A DNA stretch of 45,024 bases from Candidatus Methanomethylicia archaeon (GCA_029259155.1 JAPDJI010000007.1:1-45024); one strand, 5' to 3'. Positions 28,520-39,131 are shown, counted from the first letter of the stretch. Numbers and translations are program-made. The notes: generated from the letters alone by a model not told the origin.

Positions 28520-29087
28520 TGAAGTTTTGTAGAATCGAGAAGCCCCATGGCCTATCCTTATCGTACCTCTCAGGGTGAAACTGTACGCCGTAAATCTTCC
28601 TGCCATTGACCTTAAGAGCTTCAACAGGGTTATCGAGAGACGATGCCAAAACCGTGAACCTGCTGTCCTCATAGACCTCTTCGCTCACCCTTGCCCTATG
28701 GTTCTCCCACACCAAGGGGTTCTCTAGTCCTTCAAAGAGAGCCTCCTTAACATGTATGCGTAGCTCCTTGAAACCTACACGCCTACCCGTCATCTTAACC
28801 AGGGGCATTCCGAAGGACTGTGCTATCAAGTGTAGACCGAAGCATATGCCTAGCACAGGGGCGCTGGTGTGACGTACCAGTATTTTCTCGTCCTTTAGCT
28901 TAGGGCCGTTAAGGCCTTTACAAGGCGCTGTGCCCGTTAAGATGAAGGCATCGTAACCACCCTGTAAGCAAGCTTCAGGCCTAACCACAATCGGCTTAAC
29001 CCCAAGCCTCTTTAAGCTACGCTTAATTCTCTTGAGCGCAGTCTTGCCCTTACCTTCAGGGTAGTTGTTGAGCACAGCTATCTTCAA
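28506..29087 (-). CDS. Stand-alone class I glutamine amidotransferase (GMP synthase A-subunit-like)
   Basis: PVLGICFG and YGVQFHPE catalytic triad motifs. Confidence 0.85.
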   Translation of the reverse strand: MKIAVLNNYPEGKGKTALKRIKRSLKRLGVKPIVVRPEACLQGGYDAFILTGTAPCKGLNGPKLKDEKILVRHTSAPVLGICFGLHLIAQSFGMPLVKMTGRRVGFKELRIHVKEALFEGLENPLVWENHRARVSEEVYEDSRFTVLASSLDNPVEALKVNGRKIYGVQFHPERYDKDRPWGFSILQNFINAI

Positions 29088-29173
29088 AATCCACCCTTAC
29101 TCCCATACCTAGAAAAGCCTAAAAAACGTAGCCTCTGCTCTTAGAGCCCTAGAGGTGGCTTAAGCTGAGCTGG

Positions 29174-29677
29174 GTGGTTAAGGGGAAGGTATTGAAATAT
29201 GGAGATAACATAGACACCGACGTCATCGTACCGGGGAAGTACCTTATACATATAGAGCCGGAGGAGCTGGCCAAACACGCCATGGAAGGCATAGACCCAG
29301 CCTTCCCTGAGAAAGCTAAAGGAGGCTGTATCTTAGTAGCGGGTAAGAACTTTGGATGTGGCTCAAGCCGTGAACAGGCGCCAGTAGCCTTAAAGCATGC
29401 AGGGGTTAAAGCCGTCATAGCCGATTCTTTCGCTAGGATCTTCTATAGGAACGCTGTTAACATAGGCCTGCCCCTCGTCGCTCTCCCCGAAGCTCCAGGG
29501 ATCTTCGAAGAAGGAGACGAAGCTGAGGTGGACCTTCAGGGAGGCTTAGTGAGAAACCTTAGGACGGGGAAGGCTGTTAGCTTTAAACCTCTCCCACCTA
29601 TGCTCTTGGAAATCTTATCGTCAGGCGGGCTAGTGGAATACATGAGACGTAGGTTTAGCGCTCAAAGAAAGCCTTAA
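29174..29677 (+). CDS. leuD: 3-isopropylmalate dehydratase/homoaconitase small subunit
   Basis: GDNIDTD.I.PG.YL, NFGCGSSRE.A, SFARIFYRN..N.G. Confidence 0.88.
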   Translation: MVKGKVLKYGDNIDTDVIVPGKYLIHIEPEELAKHAMEGIDPAFPEKAKGGCILVAGKNFGCGSSREQAPVALKHAGVKAVIADSFARIFYRNAVNIGLPLVALPEAPGIFEEGDEAEVDLQGGLVRNLRTGKAVSFKPLPPMLLEILSSGGLVEYMRRRFSAQRKP

Positions 29678-30959
29678 GAACCCCTTTAACGAAGTCCTGG
29701 CCATCGATGCAGTAACGAACAGTGTTGAAGTCAGCCAATAGTTTATGTACCTCTTCCTTGATCCTTTCAGGCTCCTCTCGTTTAATGAGAAGCCTCCACA
29801 TCAGCTCGGCTATGGTTTCCATCTCCCTCTCCTTCATACCCATTCTCGTTACTTCCTGCGTCCCTATCCTGACCCCTGAAGGGTTGTGTACTTTTCCTAC
29901 AGCGTCCCACGGAAGCAGGTTCCGGTTAACAATTATATCAGCCTCCTCCAGCCTCCTAGCAGCCTCTCCTCCCCCTCCAAGCTTTGAAGCCTCGAACACT
30001 ACTTGATGTGACTCCGTGAAGCCTCTATGTGCACCGAGAACGTTTATCCCGTAGTCGTGGAGTGCCTTAGCCAGTGTCTTAGCGTTCCTAACTATCTGTG
30101 TCGCGTACTCCTTACCGTAGAGAAGCATTTCAAGAAGTGTGACAGCGAGGCTGGGTAGCCGAGCTAAGTGATGATTGGACACTAGGCCTGGAAACACGGC
30201 CTTCTTGACCTTTCTAAATAACGTTTCATCGTTAGCCAGCAGCATACCTCCTTGCGGGCCCGGAAAGGTTTTATGGGTAGAGGATGAAACGACGTCAGCC
30301 CCTTCCTTTAAAGGATCTTGGAAGACCCCTCCAGCCACCAAACCTAACACGTGGGCAGCATCATAGTGTATGAGGGTGCCATAGGGCTCAGCTATCTTTC
30401 TTACCTCCTTCACAGGGTGGGGAAACAGGATTAAGCTTGCTCCAAGCGTTATGAGGTTCGGCTTCGCCTTCTCCACGACGCTGGCTAAGGCTTCTAGGTC
30501 TATGTTCATGTCCTCATGGTTGAAGGGAATGCTGTACACCTTCAACCCTCTACATCCAGCTGCTCCAACCTCTCCGCAGCTAATATGGCCACCAGCAGGT
30601 ATAGAAAGGCTGAGGAGAACATCCCCTGGCTTGGTCAGGGCAAAGAAGACCGCTAGGTTGGCGAGAGCTCCCGAGATAGGTCTAACATCGACGAAGTTGG
30701 CGTTAAATACTCGAGATGCCAACTTGATGCATAGGTCTTCGATAAGGTCTATTAACCCCCCTCCTTGGTATTCCCTGTCGTAAGGTTCGCCCTCAGCATA
30801 TCTATGGTTGAAGTCGCTGGGTAGAAGAGCCCTGGCGAGGGGGCTCATCTTATTTTCACTAGCGATCAAGTTAAGCGTCGATCTACCACGCCACTCCTCC
30901 TGTTTTTGAACAGTCTCGACGATTACTTTCAACTCAGAGAGAGCTTCTTCCAGGTCCAA
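29655..30959 (-). CDS. glyA: Serine hydroxymethyltransferase (archaeal type)
   Basis: LNLIASEN, YAEG, GGH.S, YDAAH, STHKTFPGPQGG, SGVRIG. Confidence 0.96.
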   Translation of the reverse strand: MDLEEALSELKVIVETVQKQEEWRGRSTLNLIASENKMSPLARALLPSDFNHRYAEGEPYDREYQGGGLIDLIEDLCIKLASRVFNANFVDVRPISGALANLAVFFALTKPGDVLLSLSIPAGGHISCGEVGAAGCRGLKVYSIPFNHEDMNIDLEALASVVEKAKPNLITLGASLILFPHPVKEVRKIAEPYGTLIHYDAAHVLGLVAGGVFQDPLKEGADVVSSSTHKTFPGPQGGMLLANDETLFRKVKKAVFPGLVSNHHLARLPSLAVTLLEMLLYGKEYATQIVRNAKTLAKALHDYGINVLGAHRGFTESHQVVFEASKLGGGGEAARRLEEADIIVNRNLLPWDAVGKVHNPSGVRIGTQEVTRMGMKEREMETIAELMWRLLIKREEPERIKEEVHKLLADFNTVRYCIDGQDFVKGVLKAFFER

Positions 30960-30961
30960 GC

Positions 30962-31984
30962 TTAAACCTCCTTAAGCCTCCTTGCTATATCCCTAGCTAG
31001 GTCCATGGTACCCGAAGACCCTCCGAGGTCTGGAGTTAGAGCAAGCCCTTCCTTTAAGGCCTCCGTTACTGCTAACTCCAGCTTCCTTGCAGCTTCAGCC
31101 TCACCTAGCCACTCAAGCATCAGTTTAGCTGCCAGTATTGTGCTACAGGGATTGGCTATTCCTTTACCAGCATACTTTGGAGCAGAGCCGTGGACAGGCT
31201 CGAAAAGCGCATAGCGCTCTCCTATATTGGCAGCTGGAGCTATGCCCAGACCACCTACGAGGGCAGCTGCTTCATCTGATAAGATGTCTCCAAACATGTT
31301 AGTAGTTACTATGACGTCAAACTCGTGGGGCCTCCTGATCAACTGCATGGCGCAAGCATCCACGTACATCTCGTCGAAGGATACTGAAGGATAGCGGGAG
31401 GCCACCTCACGACAGGCTTTAGCGAAAAGGCCGCACGTGAGGCGCATGACGTTGGCTTTATGCACAGCCGTGACTCTACGTTTTCCGCTCCTCTGCTCCG
31501 CCATTTTGAAGGCGTATTCAGCTATGCGTCGAGAACCCTTCATAGTTATGGGCCTTAGACAAACTGCTGCTTCACCAGGAACTACCTCAAACTCCCATCC
31601 TTTATACACGTCTTCCGTATTTTCACGGACGATCACGAAATCTATGTCGGGCCTTAAGCACGGTATACCTGGATAGGCCTTGAAAGGCCTGACGTTTGCG
31701 TATAGGTCTAGTAGGAGCCTCAGCTTAACTATGACATCTGCCGCCGACTCTCCTACCGGGCCTTTAAGGCAAGCAACGCTCTCCTCTAAGATTACCTTTA
31801 AGGTATCCTCAGGTAAAGCCTTGCCATATCTACGTAAGGCTCCATCGCCCGCCTCCACCTTCACGTATTCCATCTTTAGCCCTTTGCTAACGTCCTGTAA
31901 AGCATCGAGTACGTGAAGGGTTGCTTCTATCACTTCCGGCCCTATGCCATCACCAGGTATGACAGCTATCCTATAACTAGACAT
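30962..31984 (-). CDS. leuB: 3-isopropylmalate/beta-hydroxyacid decarboxylating dehydrogenase
   Basis: [44 protein letters not shown]. Confidence 0.85.
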   Translation of the reverse strand: MSSYRIAVIPGDGIGPEVIEATLHVLDALQDVSKGLKMEYVKVEAGDGALRRYGKALPEDTLKVILEESVACLKGPVGESAADVIVKLRLLLDLYANVRPFKAYPGIPCLRPDIDFVIVRENTEDVYKGWEFEVVPGEAAVCLRPITMKGSRRIAEYAFKMAEQRSGKRRVTAVHKANVMRLTCGLFAKACREVASRYPSVSFDEMYVDACAMQLIRRPHEFDVIVTTNMFGDILSDEAAALVGGLGIAPAANIGERYALFEPVHGSAPKYAGKGIANPCSTILAAKLMLEWLGEAEAARKLELAVTEALKEGLALTPDLGGSSGTMDLARDIARRLKEV

Positions 31985-32019
31985 ACGTCTCCGCTTGGAC
32001 CTTTAAGGCTTGAGGGGGT

Positions 32020-33060
32020 TTAAGGCTTAGCCCTCACAGCCATGGCGTTGGGTGTAGCTAGGTTAATGGTGACCTCAGCTATGTCAGCACCGTACTCGGC
32101 AATTCTACGTAGGCTATCGAGCACGAGGCTTAGGCTGACGATAGACTTCACGTCTAAGTTAAGCTTGACTAGCTCCTCCACCGTCCTCCTCCCAGCATCC
32201 ACCGCCTCCACTGACCTGGAGATGCAGTGATGGGCTACTTTAGCGTCAAGCTCCTCCAATGCCTTGAGAGCCTCGCTATATACTTGGCCAGCAAGCTCGC
32301 TTACCTTTAAGGCGTCGTTGAGGGCTTCAGGGCTGAGCTTCCTATCTAGGGCTAGAGCCATGTAGGCTATCCTAGCAGCATGGTCTGCTACCCTCTCGAT
32401 ACTCTTAGCTACGAGCCTATAACCTAAACAGTCTCTAGGGTTGCCTAACCCGATCTCCTCGCTCAACGCACGGTTCTGTACAGCCATCTTGAGCTGCCTA
32501 ACGATGAAGAAATAGAACCTATCTACCTCATCGTCTCTACTTATGACCTCGCCCGCTAAGCCTTGATCGCAGTTGGCGTAAGCTGAGATCGCGTCTTTAT
32601 GCATAGAAGCGGCTATAATACTCATCCTATTGACCGCTTTCTTCACCGGAAGCTCTGAGTAACCTATTAAACACTGTGTTAATAGCTCATCAGCCGACTC
32701 CTCGATGACCTCGACTCCCATGAGCTTCCTCCTCGCAACCTCCTTCAACACCGCACGGTGCTTAGAGGTGCCTTGATGGAACCTTATCCTTATCATTTCA
32801 TGTCCCGTGAGGTAGTATGATATGAAGTTCCTGACCGCTACCTCAGGGTCCATGGAGGAGGAGACTTCCATGAATGCCTCGATCCCAGGCTCTATCTTAG
32901 CTTCACCTCTAGGAACTATGAGGAGGGAGGAGTCTGATTGAGGAATCAAGGTTACCTGGTGTCCAGGTTTAAGCCCCACACTCCTAGCCCAGTCCTTAGG
33001 TAGGGAAACCACGTAGGTAGCCCCACCAGTAAGCTGGATACGCCTAATCTCTGCGGACAA
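32020..33060 (-). CDS. phoU: AbrB-domain PhoU-family phosphate uptake regulator
   Basis: RRIQLTGG.TY.VSLPK.W; DDEVDR, ERVADHA, RRIAEY..DIAE. Confidence 0.92.
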   Translation of the reverse strand: MSAEIRRIQLTGGATYVVSLPKDWARSVGLKPGHQVTLIPQSDSSLLIVPRGEAKIEPGIEAFMEVSSSMDPEVAVRNFISYYLTGHEMIRIRFHQGTSKHRAVLKEVARRKLMGVEVIEESADELLTQCLIGYSELPVKKAVNRMSIIAASMHKDAISAYANCDQGLAGEVISRDDEVDRFYFFIVRQLKMAVQNRALSEEIGLGNPRDCLGYRLVAKSIERVADHAARIAYMALALDRKLSPEALNDALKVSELAGQVYSEALKALEELDAKVAHHCISRSVEAVDAGRRTVEELVKLNLDVKSIVSLSLVLDSLRRIAEYGADIAEVTINLATPNAMAVRAKP

Positions 33061-33104
33061 GGTAGAACACCTCTTTACACTACTTAGTAAGTTATAGAGG
33101 CTAC

Positions 33105-33116
33105 ATATAAAAGCTT
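33105..33116 (-). promoter_or_regulatory. Probable BRE/TATA box of phoU
   Basis: AAGCTTTTATAT on the minus strand about 45 nt upstream of the TTG, with GAGGTG SD in between. Confidence 0.55.
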
Positions 33117-33185
33117 AGCGAAGTATATGCTTAGACATTATCCCTCAAGAGAGCTGGGGGCAGAGAAGATTGTTACTTTTCAGGC

Positions 33186-34409
33186 TTATTTAGGGCTCCC
33201 CAGAATGGAGTTTACGAGCTGAAGGAACTCTTCGTCGCTTAAAGCTGACTTCCTCTCCTCGCTTATAGACTTGACTGCTTCGGTTATCTTGGTTAATCCT
33301 TCCTCGTCCATAGCTATTCCTAGCTCCTCTAGCTTAGCCTTAATGGCATGTCTACCTGACAATTTACCTATGACCAGTCTTCTACGCTGACCTACAAGCT
33401 CCGGTGGGTAGGGCTCATAGGTAGTGGGGTTGACGATGACGGCGTGTTGATGGACGCCGCTCACATGGGCGAAGATATTTTCTCCAGCCACAGGTTTATT
33501 GGGATGGACCTTTATCTTGGATATACGCTCCACGAGCTTACATAGCTCGTAGAGGTGTTCGGTCCTAAACCCACCTATGCCGTAGAGGTTGTGGAGAGCT
33601 AAGATAACCTCCTCTGTAGGTGTTACGCCAGCTCTCTCGCCTAGGCCATTCACCACTGAAGATATAACGGAGGCCCCCACCTCTATGGCTGCGAGAGAAT
33701 TCGCTAAGCCTAAGCCATGGTCGTTGTGGCAGTGTATTTCAATAGGCGTGCCCGGTGGCAGCGCTTCACGGATCTGTTTAACGAGGAACCTCATGGCGCT
33801 TGGGTGTATACATCCAAGCGTATCTACTATCCTAGCTCTATCGCAGCCAGCTTCAATAACTGCCCTAAAGACCTGCTTCAGGAACTCCAGGTCAGTCCTC
33901 GTGGAGTCCTCTGCGCTATAAGTTATGTATAGGCCGTGGTCCTTAGCGTACTCAACCAGCTCCACGGCTCTTTGAAGATACTCCTCCCTGCTCATCCTCA
34001 GCTTAAACTTAAGATGCATATCGGAGGGAGGAAAGGAGAGGACGAGGCCGAAAGTTTCACACTTTATGACTTCATCTATGTCAGCCTTCACCGCCCTAGC
34101 GAAGCCAAAGATCTTAGCCTCCAAGCCCTCCTTAACCAGCCTCCTCAAAGCCTCCCTCTCTCCCTGCGACGCCGCTGGAAAGCCGGCTTCGATTTGTTGA
34201 ACCCCCACCAGGTCCAGCATCCTTGCGATAGCTATCTTGTCCTCAGGCCTGAAGACGACGCCAGGAGTCTGTTCACCTTCTCTCAACGTGGTGTCATGTA
34301 TGATGACTTCGCTCGGCAGCTTCATGAAGGCCCTCACTTCTGGGTGGAAGTTAAGAGGGCTTACCACCACTTTACTAGCGATGTCTGGGTTCAAGGGATC
34401 CACCTTCAA
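33186..34409 (-). CDS. Homocitrate synthase / isopropylmalate synthase family enzyme (DRE-TIM) lacking the C-terminal regulatory domain
   Basis: DTTLREGEQ, IEAGFP, AEDSTR, DTLG, HCHND.G, GLGER.G, H.SGVHQ. Confidence 0.9.
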   Translation of the reverse strand: MKVDPLNPDIASKVVVSPLNFHPEVRAFMKLPSEVIIHDTTLREGEQTPGVVFRPEDKIAIARMLDLVGVQQIEAGFPAASQGEREALRRLVKEGLEAKIFGFARAVKADIDEVIKCETFGLVLSFPPSDMHLKFKLRMSREEYLQRAVELVEYAKDHGLYITYSAEDSTRTDLEFLKQVFRAVIEAGCDRARIVDTLGCIHPSAMRFLVKQIREALPPGTPIEIHCHNDHGLGLANSLAAIEVGASVISSVVNGLGERAGVTPTEEVILALHNLYGIGGFRTEHLYELCKLVERISKIKVHPNKPVAGENIFAHVSGVHQHAVIVNPTTYEPYPPELVGQRRRLVIGKLSGRHAIKAKLEELGIAMDEEGLTKITEAVKSISEERKSALSDEEFLQLVNSILGSPK

Positions 34410-34444
34410 CGATGAAATTCAGCCCTTAGCTACGGGTTGACAGC

Positions 34445-34580
34445 TTTAAAAGCTTTTCTACGATATATGTAAAAGAGTGCTTTTACTTAGTTTAAGATGC
34501 TTAGTGGAGGATGCGACATAGCTTAAGCCACGTTTAGTCCTTAACGTAGGCTTGAATACATTTTTAATCAAAGCTTTAAA
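34445..34580. promoter_or_regulatory. Divergent promoters for the synthase gene (-) and his operon (+)
   Basis: GAAAAGCTTTTAAA on minus strand (34445-34458) and AAAGCTTTAAA on plus strand (34570-34580), each about 35 nt before a start codon. Confidence 0.55.
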
Positions 34581-34614
34581 GGAAGCTTAGCTAGGCTTTA
34601 ACCCTAGCTTCACG

Positions 34615-35943
34615 GTGAAAACATTGAGGGTAGTTGAAGCCTCAAAACTGACCTCGGAGGAGTATGCTCGTATCGTCAGCCGCGGGGCCCTTGATCTATC
34701 CAAGGCCTTAAAAGAGGTTGAGAAAGTCGTCGTGGAGGTTAAGGAGAAGGGCGATGAAGCTCTAAAGAGGTTCTCCAAGGAGTTCGACGGCGTTGAGGTC
34801 GATCTAGAGAGGTGGAGCTTCAAAGTCGACGAGGAGGAGGTTAAGGAGGCTTACCGTGAAGTTGGCGAGGAGGCCTTAGAAGCCATCAGGAGAGCCGTGA
34901 AAAACGTCAAGAAATACCATGAGGCTAGGAGGCCCACGAGCTTCTCGGTAAAGGTGGAAGAAGGCGTAATAGCCGGATCATTGATCAAACCCCTCAGCCG
35001 AGTAGGTGTATATGTGCCTAGAGGTAGGTCAGGGTATCCTTCCACCGCCATTATGACGGTGGTGCCAGCTAAGGTGGCAGGCGTGAAGGAAGTGTTAGTC
35101 TGTACTCCCCCCTTGAGGAACGGTAAAGCCCCCACGTTAACCTTAGTAGCTGCCATAGAAGCTGGAGCTAGCCAGGTGTTTAAGGTGGGGGGCGCCCACG
35201 CTATAGCTGCCATGGCTTATGGCACCGAGACCATACCTAAGGTAGACAAGATAGTAGGTCCGGGAGGCCTATACGTCACTGCAGCTAAATTGCTTGTCAA
35301 TAAAGAAGTTGCCATAGACCTCCCGGCGGGCCCGAGCGAAGTATTGGTAATAGCTGACGATTCAGCCGACCCAGCCTATATAGCGTTGGACCTCCTAGCT
35401 CAAGCTGAACATGATCCTGCCTCCACCTCTATACTTGTCACCACCTCTAAGGAGTTAGCGATTAAGGTGGTGGAGGAGATCGACCGTAGAAGAGAGGCTT
35501 ACCCTAAAGGCAGCGCTGAAAGGGAACGGCTAGATAAGAGCTTGGAGGAGAGGGGATGGATCATTGTCGTTGAAAGCTTGGATGAAGCGGTTAAGATAGT
35601 GAACGACTTTGCCCCTGAACATGTGGAGTTCATAGTTAAAGATCCTTTAAGCCTGCTCGGCGCCGTCAGGAATGCTGGGTCAATGTTCATGGGCGAGTAC
35701 TCACCCACAGCCATCGGAGACTATGCTGCCGGCCCGAGCCATGTCTTACCTACCGGAGGGTACGCTAAAGTCTACTCAGGGTTGTCGACGAGAGACTTCG
35801 TTAAAGAAGTAGGGTTCATTAACTGTAACGAGGAGGGAATGAAAAGGATAGGATGGATAGCGGCTAAGCTAGCCGAGCTGGAAGGTTTTAAGTTACATGC
35901 CTTATCGGTGGAGGAGAGGCTGAGGAGGCTGAAGCCTAGTTGA
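34615..35943 (+). CDS. hisD: Histidinol dehydrogenase
   Basis: [50 protein letters not shown]. Confidence 0.97.
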   Translation: MKTLRVVEASKLTSEEYARIVSRGALDLSKALKEVEKVVVEVKEKGDEALKRFSKEFDGVEVDLERWSFKVDEEEVKEAYREVGEEALEAIRRAVKNVKKYHEARRPTSFSVKVEEGVIAGSLIKPLSRVGVYVPRGRSGYPSTAIMTVVPAKVAGVKEVLVCTPPLRNGKAPTLTLVAAIEAGASQVFKVGGAHAIAAMAYGTETIPKVDKIVGPGGLYVTAAKLLVNKEVAIDLPAGPSEVLVIADDSADPAYIALDLLAQAEHDPASTSILVTTSKELAIKVVEEIDRRREAYPKGSAERERLDKSLEERGWIIVVESLDEAVKIVNDFAPEHVEFIVKDPLSLLGAVRNAGSMFMGEYSPTAIGDYAAGPSHVLPTGGYAKVYSGLSTRDFVKEVGFINCNEEGMKRIGWIAAKLAELEGFKLHALSVEERLRRLKPS

Positions 35944-36545
35944 AGGTCGCCGTGGTAGACTACGGCATGGGTAATCTTAGAGGGGTCAAGCTCGCCATAG
36001 AAAGAGCTGGGGGAAGAGCTGTCATAACCAATGACCCGGCGGAGGTAACGGAGGCAGACGCCATAGTCCTTCCAGGAGTAGGGGCGTTTAAAGACGCTAT
36101 GGAGAGGCTCAGAAGCATTGAAGAGGTAGTGAAAGACCAGATAAGAGCTGGAAAACCTTTGCTCGGCATATGCTTAGGACTACAGCTCCTCTTCACGGAG
36201 TCTATGGAGGGTGGTTTACATAGAGGCTTAGACCTGTTGAAGGGAAGAGTAGTGAAGCTTCCTGCAGGTGTTAAGGTTCCACACATGGGCTGGAACAAGG
36301 TGAACATCGCTAAGTGGACTAGGTTTGTCGAAGACCTTCCTCAAGGAGCCTACATGTACTTTGTCCACTCCTTTTACGCTGATCCCCTCAACAAGGACGT
36401 AGTGTTAGCTACGACGGAGTACGGGGTAAAGTTTCCCTCCATCGTCGAGGCCGATCCACTATACGCTACTCAGTTCCATCCGGAGAAGAGCGGGAAAACA
36501 GGGTTGAAGCTGCTTCGAAACTTCATCAGCATAGCTAAGAGGTGA
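35940..36545 (+). CDS. hisH: Imidazole glycerol phosphate synthase glutaminase subunit
   Basis: DYGMGN, LPGVGAF, GICLG.Q, PHMGWN, YFVHS, QFHPEKS. Confidence 0.97.
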   Translation: MKVAVVDYGMGNLRGVKLAIERAGGRAVITNDPAEVTEADAIVLPGVGAFKDAMERLRSIEEVVKDQIRAGKPLLGICLGLQLLFTESMEGGLHRGLDLLKGRVVKLPAGVKVPHMGWNKVNIAKWTRFVEDLPQGAYMYFVHSFYADPLNKDVVLATTEYGVKFPSIVEADPLYATQFHPEKSGKTGLKLLRNFISIAKR

Positions 36546-36551
36546 AAGCAC

Positions 36552-37304
36552 ACGCTGTTAATACCTTCAGTAGACCTGGTCAAGGGCAAAGTTGTGAGGT
36601 TGACTAAGGGAAAGTTGGAGGAAATGAAGGTATACTACGACGACCCTGTAGAGGCAGCCAGGGAATGGGAGGAGGAAGGTGCCGATGCATTACACGTAGT
36701 TGACATCGAAGCAGCTATGGGGATTGGGGAGAACCTTGAAGCCATAGAGAAGGTGCTCTCCTCGGTTAGCGTTGAGGTCCAAGTCGCTGGAGGTATACGT
36801 AGCGTAGAGAAGGCACGTAGATTAGTGGAGCTTGGAGCTACAAGGATAGTAGTGGGCACGAGGTTCATCGAGAAACCGGAGGAAGTAGCTAGGATCGCAA
36901 AGGAGCTTGGCTCCTCTAGAGTAATGGTAGCGCTGGACCACCGTTCAGGCACCGTCGCCGTGAGGGGCTGGGTAGAACAGACGGGGCTAGATGTCTATGG
37001 AATGGCTGTAGAAGCTGAGAAGGCGGGAGCTGGGTGGATACTTTTCACCTCTGTTGAAAGAGACGGTACGCTTAGCGGATTAGACCTGGCTTCGTTAAAC
37101 AGAATGGTCAAGTCGGTTAAGATACCGGTAGTGGCGGCTGGTGGAGTAGCGAGCATCGAAGATATAGTGAACGCAGCTAAATCAGGGGCAGCGGGTTTAG
37201 TGCTGGGCAAAGCGCTTTACGAGAAACGTGTCAAGCTTAGTGAAGCCTTGAGGAAGCTAGAGGAGCTTGGACTACGCAGGTCACATAGAAGGGGGAAGCC
37301 TTGA
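36552..37304 (+). CDS. hisA: ProFAR isomerase; start extended upstream of GTG 36594 to a presumed ACG (36552) or CTG (36555)
   Basis: In-frame LLIPSVDLVKGKVVRL upstream of 36594; LHVVD, GGIRS, RDGTL.G, AGGV. Confidence 0.9.
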   Translation, partial: TLLIPSVDLVKGKVVRLTKGKLEEMKVYYDDPVEAAREWEEEGADALHVVDIEAAMGIGENLEAIEKVLSSVSVEVQVAGGIRSVEKARRLVELGATRIVVGTRFIEKPEEVARIAKELGSSRVMVALDHRSGTVAVRGWVEQTGLDVYGMAVEAEKAGAGWILFTSVERDGTLSGLDLASLNRMVKSVKIPVVAAGGVASIEDIVNAAKSGAAGLVLGKALYEKRVKLSEALRKLEELGLRRSHRRGKP

Positions 37305-38194
37305 GTAGATTCCTTCAAGCATTGAAAGCTAGGCTAAAGTTGACCAAGCTAGGGTTAAGCCACGGAAACGACGCTGACGGTATAACGTGCGCAGCTCTCT
37401 TCTTACGTAAATATCCAGGAGCCACCGTGGTCTTAGCTGAGCCGTGGGAAATTAAGCCTACATGGACCTGCTGGTTGAACTGGTTTGCCTGGGACTTCGT
37501 AGCCGACCTTCCCTGTCCCTTTAGAGCAAAGCTTCACGTAGATCACCATAAGACAGGGAGACCCTGCGCTAAAGTAGAGTTCTATGACCCTGAAGCTCCT
37601 TCAGCCGCCTCGCTGGCTTTGAAAGCCTTGCAGCTGGAAAGCGACGAAGAGGCAGCCAGGTTGGTGGAGCTAGCTAATGAATGCGACACCGCTAAGATAA
37701 GGTCTCAGGAAGCTTGGGACCTAAACGATGCGGTAAAAGGTTCAAGGATAGAGGAAAGGGTAACTTTAGCTAAGCTGCTAGCCATGAAGGGTTTAGCAGC
37801 GCTCAGTGAACCTATGGTCAAGGGTTGGATTGAGGTTAACAAGGCCAGAAGGAGGAAGGTGCAGACGCTCGTTGAGAAGGTGCCTATCGAAGATTTCCTT
37901 TTCATTAAGTTAAGGGAGGTTGACGAAAAATTCCCCGTGAGGACCTTCATGCTGACGCTCGAGGAGAAAGGAGCTAAGCTAACATGCGTCATCACTCCCA
38001 GAAGGAGCAGGTTTAAGGTTCACTTAGGCTCAAGACGTGATAGCGGAATAGACTGCGCTGAGATAGCCTTTAAGCTAGGGGGTGGAGGCCATAGATACGC
38101 AGCGGGAGCTACCGTAGACAACCTCGATGAAGCACTGAGAAGAATAAAGGAAGCCTTAGGGTTGAAGGAGCTTAAGGTCATGGAGCTCGCTTGA
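37301..38194 (+). CDS. DHH/DHHA1-family phosphoesterase
   Basis: SH.NDADG, VADL, VDHH, GGGGH..AAG; TTGA overlap with the hisA stop. Confidence 0.88.
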   Translation: MSRFLQALKARLKLTKLGLSHGNDADGITCAALFLRKYPGATVVLAEPWEIKPTWTCWLNWFAWDFVADLPCPFRAKLHVDHHKTGRPCAKVEFYDPEAPSAASLALKALQLESDEEAARLVELANECDTAKIRSQEAWDLNDAVKGSRIEERVTLAKLLAMKGLAALSEPMVKGWIEVNKARRRKVQTLVEKVPIEDFLFIKLREVDEKFPVRTFMLTLEEKGAKLTCVITPRRSRFKVHLGSRRDSGIDCAEIAFKLGGGGHRYAAGATVDNLDEALRRIKEALGLKELKVMELA

Positions 38195-38239
38195 TGGACG
38201 AAAACCGATATTAAGCTGGCCAACTGCTTCATTAGCGCT

Positions 38240-39052
38240 ATGCTGGCGAAGCGTATCATCCCCTGCCTCGACATGAAGGACGGTAGAGTAGTCAAAGGAA
38301 TAAAGTTCCTAAATCTGAGGGATGCAGGCGACCCTCCTACCTTAGCTGCCTACTACGAGGAGCAGGGAGCCGACGAAATAGTATTTCTAGACGTTACGGC
38401 TAGCCATGAAAAACGCAAGATCCTTGTGGATGTCGTGACAAGGACGGCCGATCAGCTATCCATCCCGTTCACCGTGGGGGGCGGAATATCCAGCCTCGAA
38501 GACATAAAGATCGTGTTACACTCAGGAGCCGATAAAGTCTCTATTAACACCTCCGCTGTCCAGCAGCCCGAGCTGGTGAAGGAAGCCGCCCAGGTGTTCG
38601 GAAGCCAATGCATAGTTGTAGCCATAGACGCGAAAAGAGTTTACGTGGAGTATCCAAGTCAAGCTCAAGACAAACTTTTAGTCGAGGTAGAGGAAGGGCT
38701 TTGCTGGTGGGAGGTATATACCCACGGTGGTAGGAAGCCCACCGGCCTAGATGCCTTACAGTGGGCTAAAAAGGTAGAGGAGCTTGGGGCTGGAGAGATA
38801 CTCCTCACTAGCATGGACTGTGATGGCACACAGGACGGCTATGATCTTCCGCTTACAAAGACAGTATCTAGGTTAGTCAACATACCTGTGATAGCCAGCG
38901 GAGGAGCAGGTTCCCCACACCACATATATGAAGCTTTAACTGAAGGTGAAGCGGACGCAGCTCTAGCTGCCTCCATTTTCCACTACGGGAAGTACACAGT
39001 CAAGCAAGTTAAAGAGTACTTAGCAGAGCGTGGTGTGGAGGTTAGGATTTGA
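38240..39052 (+). CDS. hisF: Imidazole glycerol phosphate synthase cyclase subunit
   Basis: [52 protein letters not shown]. Confidence 0.97.
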   Translation: MLAKRIIPCLDMKDGRVVKGIKFLNLRDAGDPPTLAAYYEEQGADEIVFLDVTASHEKRKILVDVVTRTADQLSIPFTVGGGISSLEDIKIVLHSGADKVSINTSAVQQPELVKEAAQVFGSQCIVVAIDAKRVYVEYPSQAQDKLLVEVEEGLCWWEVYTHGGRKPTGLDALQWAKKVEELGAGEILLTSMDCDGTQDGYDLPLTKTVSRLVNIPVIASGGAGSPHHIYEALTEGEADAALAASIFHYGKYTVKQVKEYLAERGVEVRI

Positions 39053-39131
39053 AGGACAACTTATAGACTGCTAAATAACAAGTAAAGATATATATAGGAG
39101 ATAAATAGATTACAGTTGGGGGGAGGGCGGA

